A stretch of DNA of 64,000 nucleotides. Origin: Amoebophrya sp. A120 (Eukaryota; Protista; Dinoflagellata). The stretch is taken from contig CAJINV010000011.1 in assembly GCA_905178155.1 (NCBI GenBank), positions 227,029 to 291,028 on the forward strand. Direction: 5' to 3'. Numbering within the stretch: the first letter of the stretch is position 1; each line of letters starts with the position of its first letter. The notes under the pieces are model-generated. The model was not told the origin of the DNA. It ran no database searches and saw only the letters and a program-made list of their open reading frames with translations. Positions 9,674 to 22,808 of the stretch are shown here, piece after piece. Made by a program: the position numbers and the translations under genes.

Positions 9674-12600
9674 TCACGTTCCAGAAGATTTGCACATATT
9701 TCTGCGATGAAAGACGAAAAGCGCAATAAGATAGAGCACGACAAGACCAGAGAACGACATTTGTGTGTTTTGTTCGAGCGCAACCAGAAGAAGTGTATGG
9801 TGCTGCACCGCTGCGCTCTTTCCTGCATTCGCTCCCGCAGGGATGGCGAGAATACCAGCTCTGGACTTTGATTCCTGCATTGCAGCTGCCCTAGACGATG
9901 AAGCAGGAGCGAAGCTGCGCTGGTCCATCCGGTCTGCCGTTTCCCTCGGAACCGGGTCTACCGCCGTAGAGTGCACAGAGGTGATTTCCGTCGAAAATGG
10001 ATCCATTAAAGGGTACGCGATGTCGATTGTTCGTCGCCTTCGGCTTCGCTTCCCTACTGCACGGACATCACGACCCTCCTGCAGTGCTGTTCCTGGTTGC
10101 ACCAAAGGCGATGCGGCGGCCACGATAGCTGCAACATTCTGCTCTGCTTCTGTGCCGGTCGTCGTGGTACTGCTTGTTCTGCCGGTGATCATCCTTGTTC
10201 CGTCTGTGATGCCAGTATTTGTACTCCTACTACCCCGCACAGCCAGTTCGAAACTCGATCTCTTCAGGTGGGACGAAAACCGTGGGTCGAGGTCGACGAT
10301 CTGCAGGGTATTTGCAATGCCAACATCGAGGAAGCACTTGGGTACGTACAACTGCCGCTGCGGGCCCTGTTCCGCAAAGTATCGCCCCAGAACGCGGCCG
10401 TTCACCAGCGCCACGCCACGGGAAAGCGGAGAAACGTCCAGCCAGAAGCCACCTCGGATAGTACTAGAAGAGGTTGCCTGTAGTTGTTCTGGCTCATCCA
10501 AAGCTCGGTAATCGAACTGAGCCTCGAAGACGAGCGGAAACGACGCGAACTTCTCACCAGTTGGCACTTGCAATTTTTCCGCCCTCTCCATCGCCTCACG
10601 GTCGTGCACGACCGTCACCGCTGCTTCTGCTGCTACTCGTCCTTGTGTCTCTAACACGTTTTTACATAGGTACCACTGACCGGAGGGAGGCTGCGCCAAT
10701 TTGACTTTCCTACCCGTGTACCGGTCCAATTTGTACCAGGCAACGCGAAACCCCTTGCGGTCCCGCGCGACCTCCCGGGACCAGTTGACGCGCCCAAGAC
10801 TCTCGAAGAGAAGAAGCGTTGACGTTTGGGTTGGGGTTCTTCCCGTCCTCGACGTAGAGTCAGTAAATCCACCTGTTTCCATTCGTAGCCAATGCTCCTT
10901 GCCGGCCTGGGTTCCCGCCAAATCCGGCGACACAGCGAGGTTCGGTCGCTGCAGCACGACTACGCGGTTATTTGCTGCTGGACCGCTCTCCCCCTGTAAT
11001 CTTTCTGCCCCGGGGGTATCTTCGTCACCAAATTTACGGCCCGCTTCTGCACCTGCTGACGCCGATTTAATATGTTCGTCTCGACTGGTACCATCGGCAC
11101 TGACCGCGCCTCCCAATACGTACAAGCGATCTTTCAGATCGGTGATGCGCAAGAAAATTTCCTCTTGCGTAGACAGTGCCTCGGACTGGTCGTGCCGCGG
11201 AAATAGATCTTGTGGAGCCGCAGCAGACTCTGACTCTCCGCCGTGCCTGAACTCGAACATCAGTAGTTGGTCAAAGGAATCTATCTCCACTCGCTGCGAG
11301 GATGAGGTAGGCTTTGCGCTGGACGATGCCGGAGAAATGGAAATAATGTCATCGAGAAAATTAGGCTCTTTGATCGCGACGCAACTGTTGTAGTTGCTGT
11401 TGCTGTCGCTTCCGCTAGCTGCACTTTTCCGGCCTTGTGTCGCCCGCTCGAACAGCGTGAGCAGACTACCACGATTTCGGAAATTGAGTTTGATTAGCTG
11501 GGAAGATGTCTTTACATCGGTATGATTTTCACGCAGCTCCGGTGTTGAAGAAGCTCTACCGCCTGCTACTCTTCCTCCTGCTGTCGCCGCCGTCGTCCCC
11601 TCTGGCAACAACCCCGTCGCGTGCTCCCGGGAACGAATCTCCTTTTGGAGTAGCCGGTATTTCTCGCTAATCGCAGCACCGTCTTCCGAGATCGGCGCGT
11701 CGTAATCGTAGCTCACGGGCTGTGGCCGAAAGGTTCCGCCGAGAACGTTCGCGCCATTCGTGAAGCCGAAGTCCGTCCCGCCGTGCACGACGTAGAGTGC
11801 AAAATTGGGGCACTGTTTTACAGTTGCGATTAACTGCTCTGCCTTGCGCGAGGCCATGGTCCGGTCGCCCACGTGCGTCAGCCACCCGGTGTACTATCCT
11901 GTGCAAAAGTATCGTACTCGTACAATACGTCAAACTCAAATGCAATTCTTGCATTACAAGTATTTTTCTTAATGTAAATCAGCATGACAAATTTCATTTC
12001 TCATGCGGAGAAAATTTGTAATGCATTTATACGAGTACGATACTTTTGCAGTTCATATGTACAGCGCGCCAACAAAAGGGGGAGAGAACCCCGCGGGACT
12101 GTTCACCGCTCGCATCTTCGCGAACGCCGCCTTCGCGTCCTCGCCCGGGCCGAAGTCTGCCACTTTGTACACATTTGGTAAACCGCCTTTCACAAGGTCT
12201 CCGGGTGGATCCACCGTAAAGAATTCCACGAAAGGAGGGGACATGGTCATCTTGGTCACACCGGAGATTACCGCCTCAAGTAGCTGCTGTACGCGGTTAT
12301 CCTTTCCTGCTTCTACTTCGGTTATATCGCCGAGCTCCAGAAATGCCCCTAAACTTCTCCGCACTGCCGAGTGGTCGACGTCGGCGGGTGAATCAGAACT
12401 ACTAGCCTTTGCTACGTCCACCTCCTCCTGCAGCTCGATCTGCATCTGCATCCAGAGAAATTGCAGATATTTCTGCGGTGCGGAGCCACTCACACTGGCG
12501 TCCGCCCAGGTACCGTACTCGTCCTCTAGCTGAATCAAGATAATGCTACCGCCGAGTCCCCGCGTGTAGAGTTCGTCTCGGAGCGGGGGAAGCAGCCGGT

Positions 12601-13738
12601 GCCAATACCTGGCAACCTCGTGCAGGTACTGTGGCGAAAACGTCCGCAGGTTCGCTTCGCCCAGCCTGGCCAGCCGCTGCGGGAAACCGCCAAAGTCAAA
12701 CTCCGCACAAATGTACGGACCGGGGCGCAGCAGGACGAAAAGACCCAGCTCCGCGGCAAGACGAATGAATTTCAAATACTTCGGAAGAAAAAACTGCTCG
12801 TCCTCCGGATGATCGCGTGCTGGCACTCCTACCTTTTTGTAACTGGGTGCTTCACGAAAAACGGCATATGATCATCAGTGTCGTATTTTAAGTATCAATG
12901 CCTAGTGACGACGTACGGGTACGGTACATGTTTGACATCGAGTTGCTGTCGAGAGCTGCGTATGAACATAGAGGGAGTTGTCCGTTGCAGGAGCTGCTGC
13001 TGCCACTCTAGTGGTACTACGCGAACAAAAAGAAGCATATGCGTTTATATACCTCCTGCGTTCGTCGCCGTCAATCTTGTCTCACCTACTCCTAGGCCAC
13101 CGGAAGACCGGGAAAGCGCTGCGGGGTCTGCCTTTCCGGCAGCGACCGCCGCATCGAAAAAGTCGAGTTCGCGCATCCAAAGAAAAAGAGCCAACCCCAT
13201 CAATTTCTAACATGACAAATACTGGGCTTTTTTATTTTTATGCATGTTTTGCATGACAAATTGGAACGGGGTGGCTCATTTTGTTGCGGATATCGCGCTC
13301 CGCCACGTTCCACGCGATGTACGTGTCCACGGTGTTCAGGCCAAGGGCCATGAGCTGCAAGAGTCGCTCCTTCCAGTCCGGCTCCGGAACACGAAAGTAG
13401 TGCATTCCGCCGGCGAGTATCCAGGAAAAAACAACCATCCCCATTCATTTTATGCGCGACAAACACAGGAGCAGGACGCGGAGTCCATACATGATTTGCA
13501 TGACAAATTGGATGGGGATGGTTGTTTTTTTGTGGATAGCGAGCATGTTCCACTTCCTTCCGTCCAACCAGAACGAATCCTCGGGCCCGATCCGGAATCC
13601 GTTCTTGATCTGGGATGAAGCAGAGGTGGGTCTGGGTAGTACCACAACAGACCCAAAAAGCCCTGCGACTGCCAAAAAGTTGTAGACCGCAATGAAGCAG
13701 GGGCGCAGCGGCGCTGGATCGTGTCTGCCCAGCAACAT
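9674..13738 (-). CDS. GH35 beta-galactosidase-like membrane protein, 5 exons; catalytic nucleophile appears to be replaced by Ala
   Basis: After removing three TIR inserts and a likely GT-AG intron (12829-13052): MLAGGMHYFR, GLNTVDTYIAWN, LRPGPYICAEFDFGGFP, IQLEDEYG, LYTGWLTH, YVVHGGTDFGFTNGAN, SYDYDAPISEDG, VNGRVLGRY..GPQRQLYVP. Hydrophobic N- and C-terminal segments. Confidence 0.9.
11895..12057. mobile_element. Non-canonical TIR intron (introner, family B) in GH35 gene
   Basis: Perfect 21-bp IR TGCAAAAGTATCGTACTCGTA just inside TAT-N4 ends; direct repeat TGTAC at 11890-94 and 12058-62; removal gives ALY|TGWLTH. Confidence 0.9.
13174..13292. mobile_element. Non-canonical TIR intron (family C) in GH35 gene
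   Basis: Imperfect ~33-bp IR; direct repeat TCGCG at 13169-73 and 13293-97; removal gives WNVAER|ELDFFD. Confidence 0.85.
13418..13538. mobile_element. Non-canonical TIR intron (family C) in GH35 gene
   Basis: IR TATCCA..AAAAAACAACCATCCCCAT; direct repeat GCGAG at 13413-17 and 13539-43; removal gives ML|AGGMHYFR. Confidence 0.9.
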
Positions 13739-14149
13739 TTTCTTGTGCCTGGATGTCGAGAAGAATAAGTGCTGGCCCTCAGCAATGCGGCAACTGCTCT
13801 GGCTTTTTCGGTCAGAGAAGATCAATGACTCGTCCACCAGGACTAGTGCTGTTCAAGAATATATATCCTGAGGACTCCAATGGCGCTGACGTCAACCTGC
13901 TGTGTTGAACCAAAAGAGCATGCTAGCCAAACAAAGGACGACGGGAAAACACAAGAAAAAGAAGCAAGGACCAGGGCGATCGGCTAGTTCTTCGACGTCG
14001 GTTAGATGACATGAACAACCACAGACGAGGGAGCGCTAGGCGCCGTCCATATTAGCATCCAAGGTGCCGAGCTGCCACTGTGTGCGCAAGGGACAAGCAT
14101 GCAACCGGGCTCGAGGGCACTTGCTCATGTATGTTTTTCTTTTCCTGTC

Positions 14150-15860
14150 TAGCCAGCGGCGGGGCCATCGAAACAATAATCAAACGCGCGCGTCACGGGC
14201 TTGTGGTGCTACACAGATCAAACCAAGGGGCCGATGAATCGCTTCGTCGTACGGATCGGCGGGGCGGCGGGCTCTCTCGCCTGCCAACGTACGAACGAAC
14301 GGAACCTGCCACCAGGCGGCGCGCTTGCTACGGGGCGCCGAATAAAACCACCGCGCGTCTTCGGGCTACGGCTGCTGCTATGGTGCGGGCACCACTCTGC
14401 GCGGGCGCCCAACTCGGGGCGCGGGCCCATTCAAAAACGGAAGGACACAATCAGAGACCGCGCACGCGCTCGCCCTGCCGCCCCACGGCCGCCCGCCTAC
14501 CTGGGCACGGCGGGCGGGCGGCGCCGGGCGCCCCTCGCTTTTATAAATAGCGACCAGGCAAGGGCGCGCAAGTGCGCACAAACGCGGGCGCCGCTGCTGG
14601 GCCGGCTGGCTGGCTCCCGGCGGGCCCCCCTGCGCGCGGGGGGGCGCCCGGCGGGCGGCGGGCGGCAGATGGCCAGGGCCGGGGCCCGTTGGCTGGGCCC
14701 GGGCGAACGGCGCGCCTCCGTCGGGGGCTCCCTCGCTAGGGCGGGCGGCGCGGCCTATGGCATTCCTTCTGATCACATATGGGGCCCGCCCCGATGGGCC
14801 GACGGACATGCATGGAGCACCCCGAAGGCACCCGGCCCAGTGGGGTTCCGACCGAAGCAGGCCGGCCCGCCACCCGCCAGGCAGCGGGGCCGGGCCCAAA
14901 CCCGGCGCCACACCGGGGGGGCGGGAACCCGGGCCCGGCGCCGCAGCTGCGCGCGCCGCTCCTCTGCACTGCTTGGCGTGGGGCCAGGTGCCTGGCCGTG
15001 CGTTGTGCTTGGGCTTGCTGCTTTGCTTTTCTAAATCAAAAGCGGAGCCGCCCGGGCCCAGAGATAGGGCGCCCCCCGTCGAGAGGCGAAACACCGAACC
15101 GCCGGCCGGCTGGGGTAGGCGTAGACATGAAGCCAATTTACCCATGCTCCACAAAACTTATCTCATTGCCAACTTTTCACTAAGTCAAGGCATCCGAGCC
15201 TGAGGCAGATTTTCTCCGTTTCGGATCTGGGCTGCTACCCTTCGGGGCTTCGGCTGTCCGCATCACCAGCCGCGGGCGCGCGCAAAGGAAGGAGTGGAGC
15301 AACGGAAACGCGCGGCGCGCCGAGGGCTACCGGTTGGCGCCTGGCGCCCATGGCGCGTAGTCCGCTTCGCGATATGCCCGCTGGAGGTTGCCGGGCGTGC
15401 CAACCTTTGACGGGCCGCGGCCGCCCGCGCGTAGCGAGCGGGGCGCCGCAGGCCGCCCCTAAAGTCTCACGCGTGACAGTCCGCAGCGCTTCCGTTCTTG
15501 CCAAAACATGGGCCCAGAGGTTGGCTTGGGCGTGTCCTCCTGCCTGTCAGTTCCCCTTGCCGGCCCGCGGCGCTAGTTCCCGCCGCACCTTAGGCGCAAG
15601 GATTGGGCCGCCGTTGTTGAAGGTTGCAACCTTCAGCCGGGGGCCCCACTTCTGTGGCGCGCCCCCCCCGGCCTACCGGCAGGAATGCAGCGCGCCCTAT
15701 TCCACGGCGGCCAGTGGTGTAGCCTACGCGGGGGGTTTGCGCAGGTTCCCCGTACTGACGGGCAGCGCCCCCCGGACACCAACACACCGCCACGGCCCCG
15801 TAGCCGCTGCCTCCCCCTCGCATTCTGTTGGTCTGCGAAAATGGGGAGTCGAACAATGCT
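14150..15860. mobile_element. GC-rich decayed repeat island, probably a retroelement remnant
   Basis: Abrupt rise in GC with no coherent gene. Local similarity to the 20370-22540 island (14760 SDHIWGP vs 22190 SADHIGGP; 14325 vs 20540). Confidence 0.4.
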
Positions 15861-16175
15861 GCTAGGAAATGCTGACAATAGCAACACCGAGAACGCCTCG
15901 CGAACACATTCGTCTTTTTGAACGCAGCAGTTCTGCAGCCTGAAGTTGATGGCTTGCTGAAACTTGCAAAATGTCGACTCATTTTTGCGCTCTACGTTAT
16001 ATTTCGGTGCTTTCAACAACACATCAAGCTTTGCTAAAGTCCCTTTTCACAGGTCCAATATTCAGTATACACACCAATGAATGTCGCTCAACAACATGAT
16101 CTACCACAGGTAACACCTAGAAGAAACACGCACTGTCTCTGCACATCAAAGCTTTCCTTCTCAGCACAAGACTAC

Positions 16176-19100
16176 TCAGGTTCGCTGCCGCTTTGATGCG
16201 GGATTCACCAACTTCACACTTCCTGCAGCACCCAGCTGCACACCGGCACCCGACCTTTTGCCACCACCGCCGAGAAAGGACAACATGGACCGCGTCTGGT
16301 TTCTCCAGGGGTGCGTCTCTCGTGTCTGCGCTGCGGACAGACCGCAGGGCTTGTTGGGCAACGAGTCATAGACTTCGTCTGGAAGGAGAAGGCTGATCAT
16401 GGTGTGGTCCGAGTAGGAGGGCGGCGTGTAAATGATGCTCGCAAGGTGGCGCTTTTTCTGCAGAAGGGAGCTCCTCGTCAAAGGACCTCCAAGATCCCTC
16501 GGACTGCTGGTTGACGTGTGGTCCGCTGCGGTCCTCTCGTCTGGCTTGTGGTTCCTCCCTTGTAGTTGTAACCCCTCTCCACTGCTGGTGTTTTTGTTCT
16601 TCGTCGTACTATTACCAACCCTTGCCCAGTGCCGTAGCTGCAACCGCTCCGCGGTTTCAAAATTGTGGGAAAACTGACTGTTGTTCAGCCGCATGTCGTC
16701 CTTTTGCCCGGATTCGTCTCGCTGCCCCTGTGAGGCGAAGCGGTTGAGGCCGTGCCAGCCGCCGAAACACGTAGCTGCGTTGTGGGCCGCCTGCTCTTCC
16801 GTAAAGGGTCCGCGAACGTCCGAGATTCGCGGGTCATAGACGAAGTGCCCGTCAAGTGGGAGAGGGGAATAGACGGGCGGGTGCTCCTGTAGTGGTGCTG
16901 TCGCAGTTCTTTTTGTACCAGTCTCCTTACAACTTTCTTGGACACAATCTTCACTGTCCACCGCTGCGCTCCTGTGTGCAACTGGTGTTGACCCTAGCGC
17001 CTCGTGATCCAACGGGGACCCCTTTGTAGCTGCAAGGTACTTCTGCACACCTTCCGCAAGGTCAAGATTTTTCGCTTCCTCCGCGTCCAGAAAACCAACG
17101 TCGTACATAATGCTTTTAATACTATTTCCCCGCCGGCTGATTGTATCTTCTTTATCTTTTTCTACCTCTAGAAGGTTCTGACTCTGTAGCATTTCTCCAG
17201 CCGCAGCTCCTCCTCCCGCTGGTCGCAAGTACCGTGCAAGAAGAGGTTTGGACACGAGAATCAAGTCTATCCTTGACCCGTTATTCGACTCGACCCGCTC
17301 CGAGGTAAACTGATTCCAGCAGGTGAAGCGGTCCCTCGCGGTCCTACCGTAAATTACGTCGAATAAGTCTGCGCACTTGGTCCGCAGCAGCTTTTGCAGC
17401 CATCTCACGGCCTCCTGCTCGAACCGCAAGTGCCGGGCCAGGCCGTGCGCGCGAAACGCGCTCAGTGGCAGCTGGGACTGCTCCATTGCAGCGGCGACGG
17501 TGAGAAACTTTGTCGAGCTGCTAGATGAAGTAGAGCTTGATGTTACCGTCGTACTTCTCGCAGTCGTTGAGGTGGATGAAACTGAATTTGTTGTACTGGT
17601 CTCGACCACACGACCTACTTTGTTCTGCTCTAGCAGCGTCTTTGTCGAAGTTGCGGAATTTTTTTGAGGTTGTAGTGCGACATCTTGTTCGTCGCCTGCT
17701 GCCCCTTTGAAAATGTTTTGTGATCCTGAGATCAAAGAACCATCTGTACCTTTGTCCCCACCTGCGGTCCCCGTCGTCCCGGATGGAAACCCAGAGAAAA
17801 AACTCGAGATCTTCGGCTGCCCCGCAGGTTTTGGTCGTGGCACGACGGCATCTTTCTTCACGTTGGCAGCTATGTGCGCTGCAGGAGGAGCAGCTACGGG
17901 GTTATCAGTACTACGAAGTCCTCGTGTGGGGTTCTTTTCGGATGCGGAAATTGTTCCGAGAGTATGTTGAGGCTTTGGCTGTCCAGCACTTGATGTACTT
18001 TGCAGAGGTAGTTGTCCTTCTCCTTGTCGGGATGATGAGCCATTGTCTTGTTTTAATCTACCCGTCATCGCGTTCTTCCCAGTGTTCATCGGCGGTGGCC
18101 TTGAAGTGGATCCTGCACCAACTACACCCGCTGTTCCTGGGGTCGCTGTGTTGTCTTCCTCACCGGAGTTCCCGTCGTCCGGATCCTGGTCCACGTTGAG
18201 CGGAAGGGGAATCATGTCTGCCGGCATGCTATGCATTGCAAATATGTCTGGGAGGTCTGAAAGGTTGCAAGATCTGTTATGCAGGTTTCGTATGGCTATG
18301 GCCCCGAAGTTCTGAAACGCGAGCTGTAGCGTAGCGTCACATCTATCCTGCATGACAAACGCCATCTTCGGGCTTCCAAAATTGCGTTGCTTGATATGCT
18401 GCCCACGCAATACAGATTTTTTTGTCGCGCACACCAAGCAACAGAAAGAAACTCGGACTTTCCAAACTACCCAGCCACATTTGAACTGCATAGATGCCGG
18501 CCACCACTCGCCCAGTTTCCCGGTCCACTTCGAGTAGTCGGCGCTGCACCTTGACGTCCTCTTTCCGGTAGGAAATGTTGAAATCTCCACACAGGATTGT
18601 AAAATTGTCTGGGTCGAAAAACTTATTTCCTCTGTTTCCGCCGGTCTGTGCTTTGTTCTGTTGCTGTTTCATATCACCTCCAGCCCCCTCGACGCCAGCT
18701 GCTGGTACCATCTGTTGACCCGCGTTTGCAGGTCCTGCAGCAGACGAGCCATTACTTTGCTGGGGCAGTTGTAGTTGTACTGGTACAGGGACCACGTCGG
18801 CCCCTTTCGCTGTAAAAGAAGATGTTGAAGAGCAACCAGCTGTGGTGGACGAGGTTGCTGTGATTCTTCCAGTGGTAGTTGTGCCTGGTGGCTGTTCTTG
18901 TTTCACCGTGCGGAGGTACCTGGCTTCTAGTTTTTGCAAAAACTTGAGCTTAAACCGCTGTCGCTCGACCGTCACGTCCGGCGAGTTCGCAAAGGGCGCG
19001 TAGATGTTCAGCAGCCGGAACTTTCCAAAGTCCAGCAGCAGCGCCCGTCCCTCGTCGTCTAGCTCCGGGTCGTTGAAGACCTTCTGGGTCGCCGCGTACA

Positions 19101-19694
19101 CCGGATACCTGTCGGTCCGCACGAAACAGCCCACGCCGTTGAAGCCGGAAAGCCGCTTATTTTTGCTCTTGTTGAACGCGAAAAAAGAACTCCACTTCCG
19201 ACGAGGAGAGCTGTTGGGCTGAGAATGAGATTGCTGTTCTTGTTGAACATGAGTATCAACTATGGTGCTGCTGATTGATTGCGGCTGCGTTTTTTCTACA
19301 CTAGAAGTACCTGAAGATGCCGCCTCCGTGGACGTGGTCGTGGCGGTCCCAGATGAAGCCGGAAGTAGATGGGCAGGACCTCCACGTGCGTCCGCAAGGG
19401 AGGTCACGCCCCCGTTGTCCACCTCCACCTCGTGCTCGCGCACCTCGAGGCCCAGTTGGAACGCCTCCCGGTGCGTGGTGATCTCCGACGCTTTTTGCGA
19501 GGAAACCTTGCTTTCCTGGATGCACAGCACGTCGCACCCGTGGTTCTCCAGGTAGTTTTCCAGGCTCCCAAAGTGCGCACAGATGGTCTGATGCGTGGGC
19601 CCCCAACCCGCCACGTTCCAACTCAGAATCAGCATCTTTTTGCTCGTTTCTGTTGTGTTCGTCCCTTCCACGATAATATCTTTATTTCCGTCAT
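16176..19694 (-). CDS. ExoIII/APE-family AP endonuclease, APE2-like (PIP boxes)
   Basis: ILSWNVAGW, CIQESK, GFNGVG, LDDEGRALL, NIYAP, LCGDFN, FTCWN, GSRIDLIL, SDH. PIP-like QPKISSFF and QTRSMLSFL. The two ORFs join after removing 18230-18492 plus one direct repeat. Start at ATG 19635 or 19694/19700. Confidence 0.9.
18230..18492. mobile_element. Non-canonical TIR intron (diverged family A) in AP endonuclease gene
   Basis: IR TATGCA.T.CAAAT.TG.CTGGG; direct repeat CATGC/GATGC (one mismatch); removal fuses VVAG(I/M)PADMIP in frame. Confidence 0.85.
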
Positions 19695-20369
19695 GGTCAT
19701 ACTTTTTTCCATTTTATTTCGGAACAATTGATGCGTTCATGACCGTGATGACTACCAGTAGTTCTGACAGAGGGAAGTGGAAATGTGTTCTTCTTTACTA
19801 GTAAAGTTTTTCTATCGTCGTCAACGTCGTGTCTTATTTCATCAGTTTAGCGTAATTGTTCTCATTGCTCCTGATGTGTGCTTGAGTTGTATACAAACTT
19901 GCCGCAAAAATACAATTGATACAAAGACAGATCCTAAGTGAAGCCGGTACTAGAGGCCGCATATTACAACTGATCCGGCTTCGAGAATGTGTTTGTTATG
20001 GCAGTAAGCAAACGCGAACGTGAAAAAAATAGGGATCTTCGACAAGGCTCGTACACAAGATGAATTAAATGCGAAAAGCTGAAACGTCGAAGATCACTTC
20101 TGTACTGTATGTCATGAGTTTGTTTGTGTTTACTGTTCTCGTACGTTGATCAGACATACAAAACGCAATTTACATTTTCAAGCTCCACGATACTTACTGT
20201 TTTGCAAACCAAGAAGTACTTCAACCCTTCACATGAACAGCTTCTGCAGTTTAGACCAGAGTAGTTGCGGACTACGCCGCCAAAAACACAGAAACGTCGC
20301 AACATTTTGCGCTTTTTTCTTGACCTTCGCCTTGATCATCGACTTCATGCCGTAGCTCGTTATGTACAT

Positions 20370-22540
20370 TCGTTTTGCCCTGGGTCGTTAGTAGGGCCTT
20401 TCATCCTCTCGAACAAGAAACACAGGCGCCGCGGACCCCTGGTTGCCGACCGGCCGCACCACATAAGTCGACGTCGACCGACGTGCGTGGGCGCAAGGCC
20501 CACGGCCCTGCGAGTTTCGTGCCGACGGGCTGCGCCGCTGCTGCGGGGCGCCCCATAATTGCGCCTACCGAGACATTGGGCCCGGGGCTGGCACACGCTG
20601 GGAGGCCCAGAAAAGAAACCGCCCATCGCTGCCGCTTTGCGAGGGGGTGGGGGGGCGCAGCAAATACGCAAAAGCGCGGCGCCCCATCCTGCCGCGCGCT
20701 CGCTGCCGGGGGCCACAGGCCACCCGGAAACAGCCGAACAGAATGTATGAAAGACGGGCCAACGAGGCGGCCGGCTTGGGAGATTGCCGACGGCGCGAAG
20801 CTTCCGCGGGGGCGGACGCGCCGCCATCGGTCGCCCAGCCAAAGTTGTTAGGCGCACGCGCATACTTACGACGGCCCACCCTCGCCGGGTGTGCCGCCGG
20901 CACTACCAGCGCGCTTTTTGGGCGGCATAGCTGGTCTCCCTAGTCCGCCCGATGTAGGAGGTAGTCCATGTATTCCCGCCGTGCTGCCAGCCCACCCCCC
21001 GGGCTTGCCTCCTCAAAAGCGCGGGCGCGACGCCACGAAAACCCGACCCCTGCTTCGCGCGCATGCGACACACACTGGCTGGAAGGCGCGCGGCCGGCGC
21101 AACTGGCCGCAGACCCGCCACACCATGGACCACCCCAGGCGCGGGAGTGCCTTTGCTGTGCCAGCCAGTTGCAAGCTGTGCGCACTCGTGCGAGCGGGAC
21201 GCGCGCGCAAAACACGCGCACGGCATCCCCGACGGCCTCTCTGCGCGAGGATTTGCCTATTAGTGGGGGCTGCCTCAAATCGCGCCGCGTTTCCTCTGCA
21301 GTGCTGCCATCGCCTACGCTCGCCACCGCCCTGCTGGGGTCGGCGCGCTGTCGCCCCGGGCGTTTTCGTGCCTCCCTCTGCCCTCCGGCCCCGCCTCCCT
21401 CACTCTTGAAACACAGAGGCCGGGGGCATTCACGCCGTCGGTGGCGAAAGCTAGCGCGCGCAGACGCCGGCGACCGACGGCCCGGCACGCCGGTTAGCAG
21501 ACGAGCGAAACAAGCGAGGCCGGGCCCCCACAAGACGCAAACCATCGCAGGCACCCGGAAGCACCTTCGTCGCCCGCGGCGTAGGTCTGCCGTTTCTTCG
21601 GCCCAGTGCTTGGCTTTGAGCAGTGCTGTTACGGCCCAACTATTCTCGCGGCCTACCCTGGACAAACTTGAGGAAAAAGCGAGCGCGCCACGCGACAGCG
21701 CGGTAAGGTAAGCCGGGCCCGCTGCTGATGAAACCCGTCAAACTTCCGCCGCCGCCGCCGCCGGCGCTTTGCTCCCGGCATTTCCCCTCGCCGCCACCTT
21801 GCTTTTTTTGTCAGCTGTCTTTCCACCCATCGGTCGCGCGGGCCTTTAGCTCGCGCGATGGGTGAGCCTTCTGGCCTCCTCGCAAGCGCGGGCCAACTAT
21901 ACGCAGGGGGGGGCCCCCCCGCAAGCGCGGGCCAGAGCAGCCCCGTCGCAAGAGCGTGCGGGCGCCACCGGAAAGCGGTCGCGCTTTCTGGCCCAGTCCG
22001 TCCCCGCGCACAACGCTGGCGGCACAACTGGCCCCCTTTAGCTTTACGTGGCGGCTGCTGCGCCATGGCGCCCAGGCTTTCCTTTGCTCGGCGGCGCCGT
22101 TGTAGTGCGTTGGAGAACAAGCGCCCCCCATTGCCGTCCGGCCTTGGAAAATTCGCAGACCGTGGGCGGGGCGCCCTCCACGCAGGTTCTGCAGACCATA
22201 TCGGGGGGCCCTCGGTTATGGCAGTAAACACACGAGGGAGCGCCGCCAACGAGATCAGGCCCAAGCGCTCGGCCATTCTCCAACGCGCGCATGGTCTTCT
22301 CCCACCCAAGTCCCCACACAGGCCGCGCACCTTCGCAAGCGTGCGGGAGCTCCAGCGCCATGCTTTAGATAATGGCCCGCGGCGTCAGGTGGCGCGCTGC
22401 GTATTCGTCAGCAGGCACCCGCGCCGGCTTGGTGGGGCCCGACTCACTTGGCCGATACTGCCACCAACACCAAGGCCGGATGGGCTCGTCACCTGCGAAA
22501 AAGAAACGGCGGCGCGGTTTGCTACGAAGTACTGGCGGTA
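20370..22540 (+). mobile_element. GC-rich, heavily decayed Ty3/gypsy-like pol remnant (tentative)
   Basis: Plus-strand fragments in RT-RNaseH-integrase order: AYLRRPTL..TTSALFG..W (~20870), ARADAG..SSAQCLALSSAV (~21460-21630), HNWPPL..RRCSALENK and SADHIGGP (~22030-22210), SRHPRRLG (~22410). All are degenerate. Confidence 0.35.
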
Positions 22541-22808
22541 GAAGATGACACAGCAAGTCGAAGCGCAAAAGAAGAACACCAGAAATTTTTGCATTTTTGA
22601 ACACATCCCTGTTGAGCGGGTTCACACCATTCAATTCCGAGGGTCGGATTTATTATTTGAAATTCCAGAAGACCCTTCATCGGTGTAAAAATATGTGCGC
22701 GTTCTTTATCTTTTCTTTTTGCAACATTCTCGTCTTGATAAATTGAAATTGAGCAACCTCTTGATCAGAAGAACATCCTGGGTACTACTACGACTAGCTA
22801 CAAAGAGC

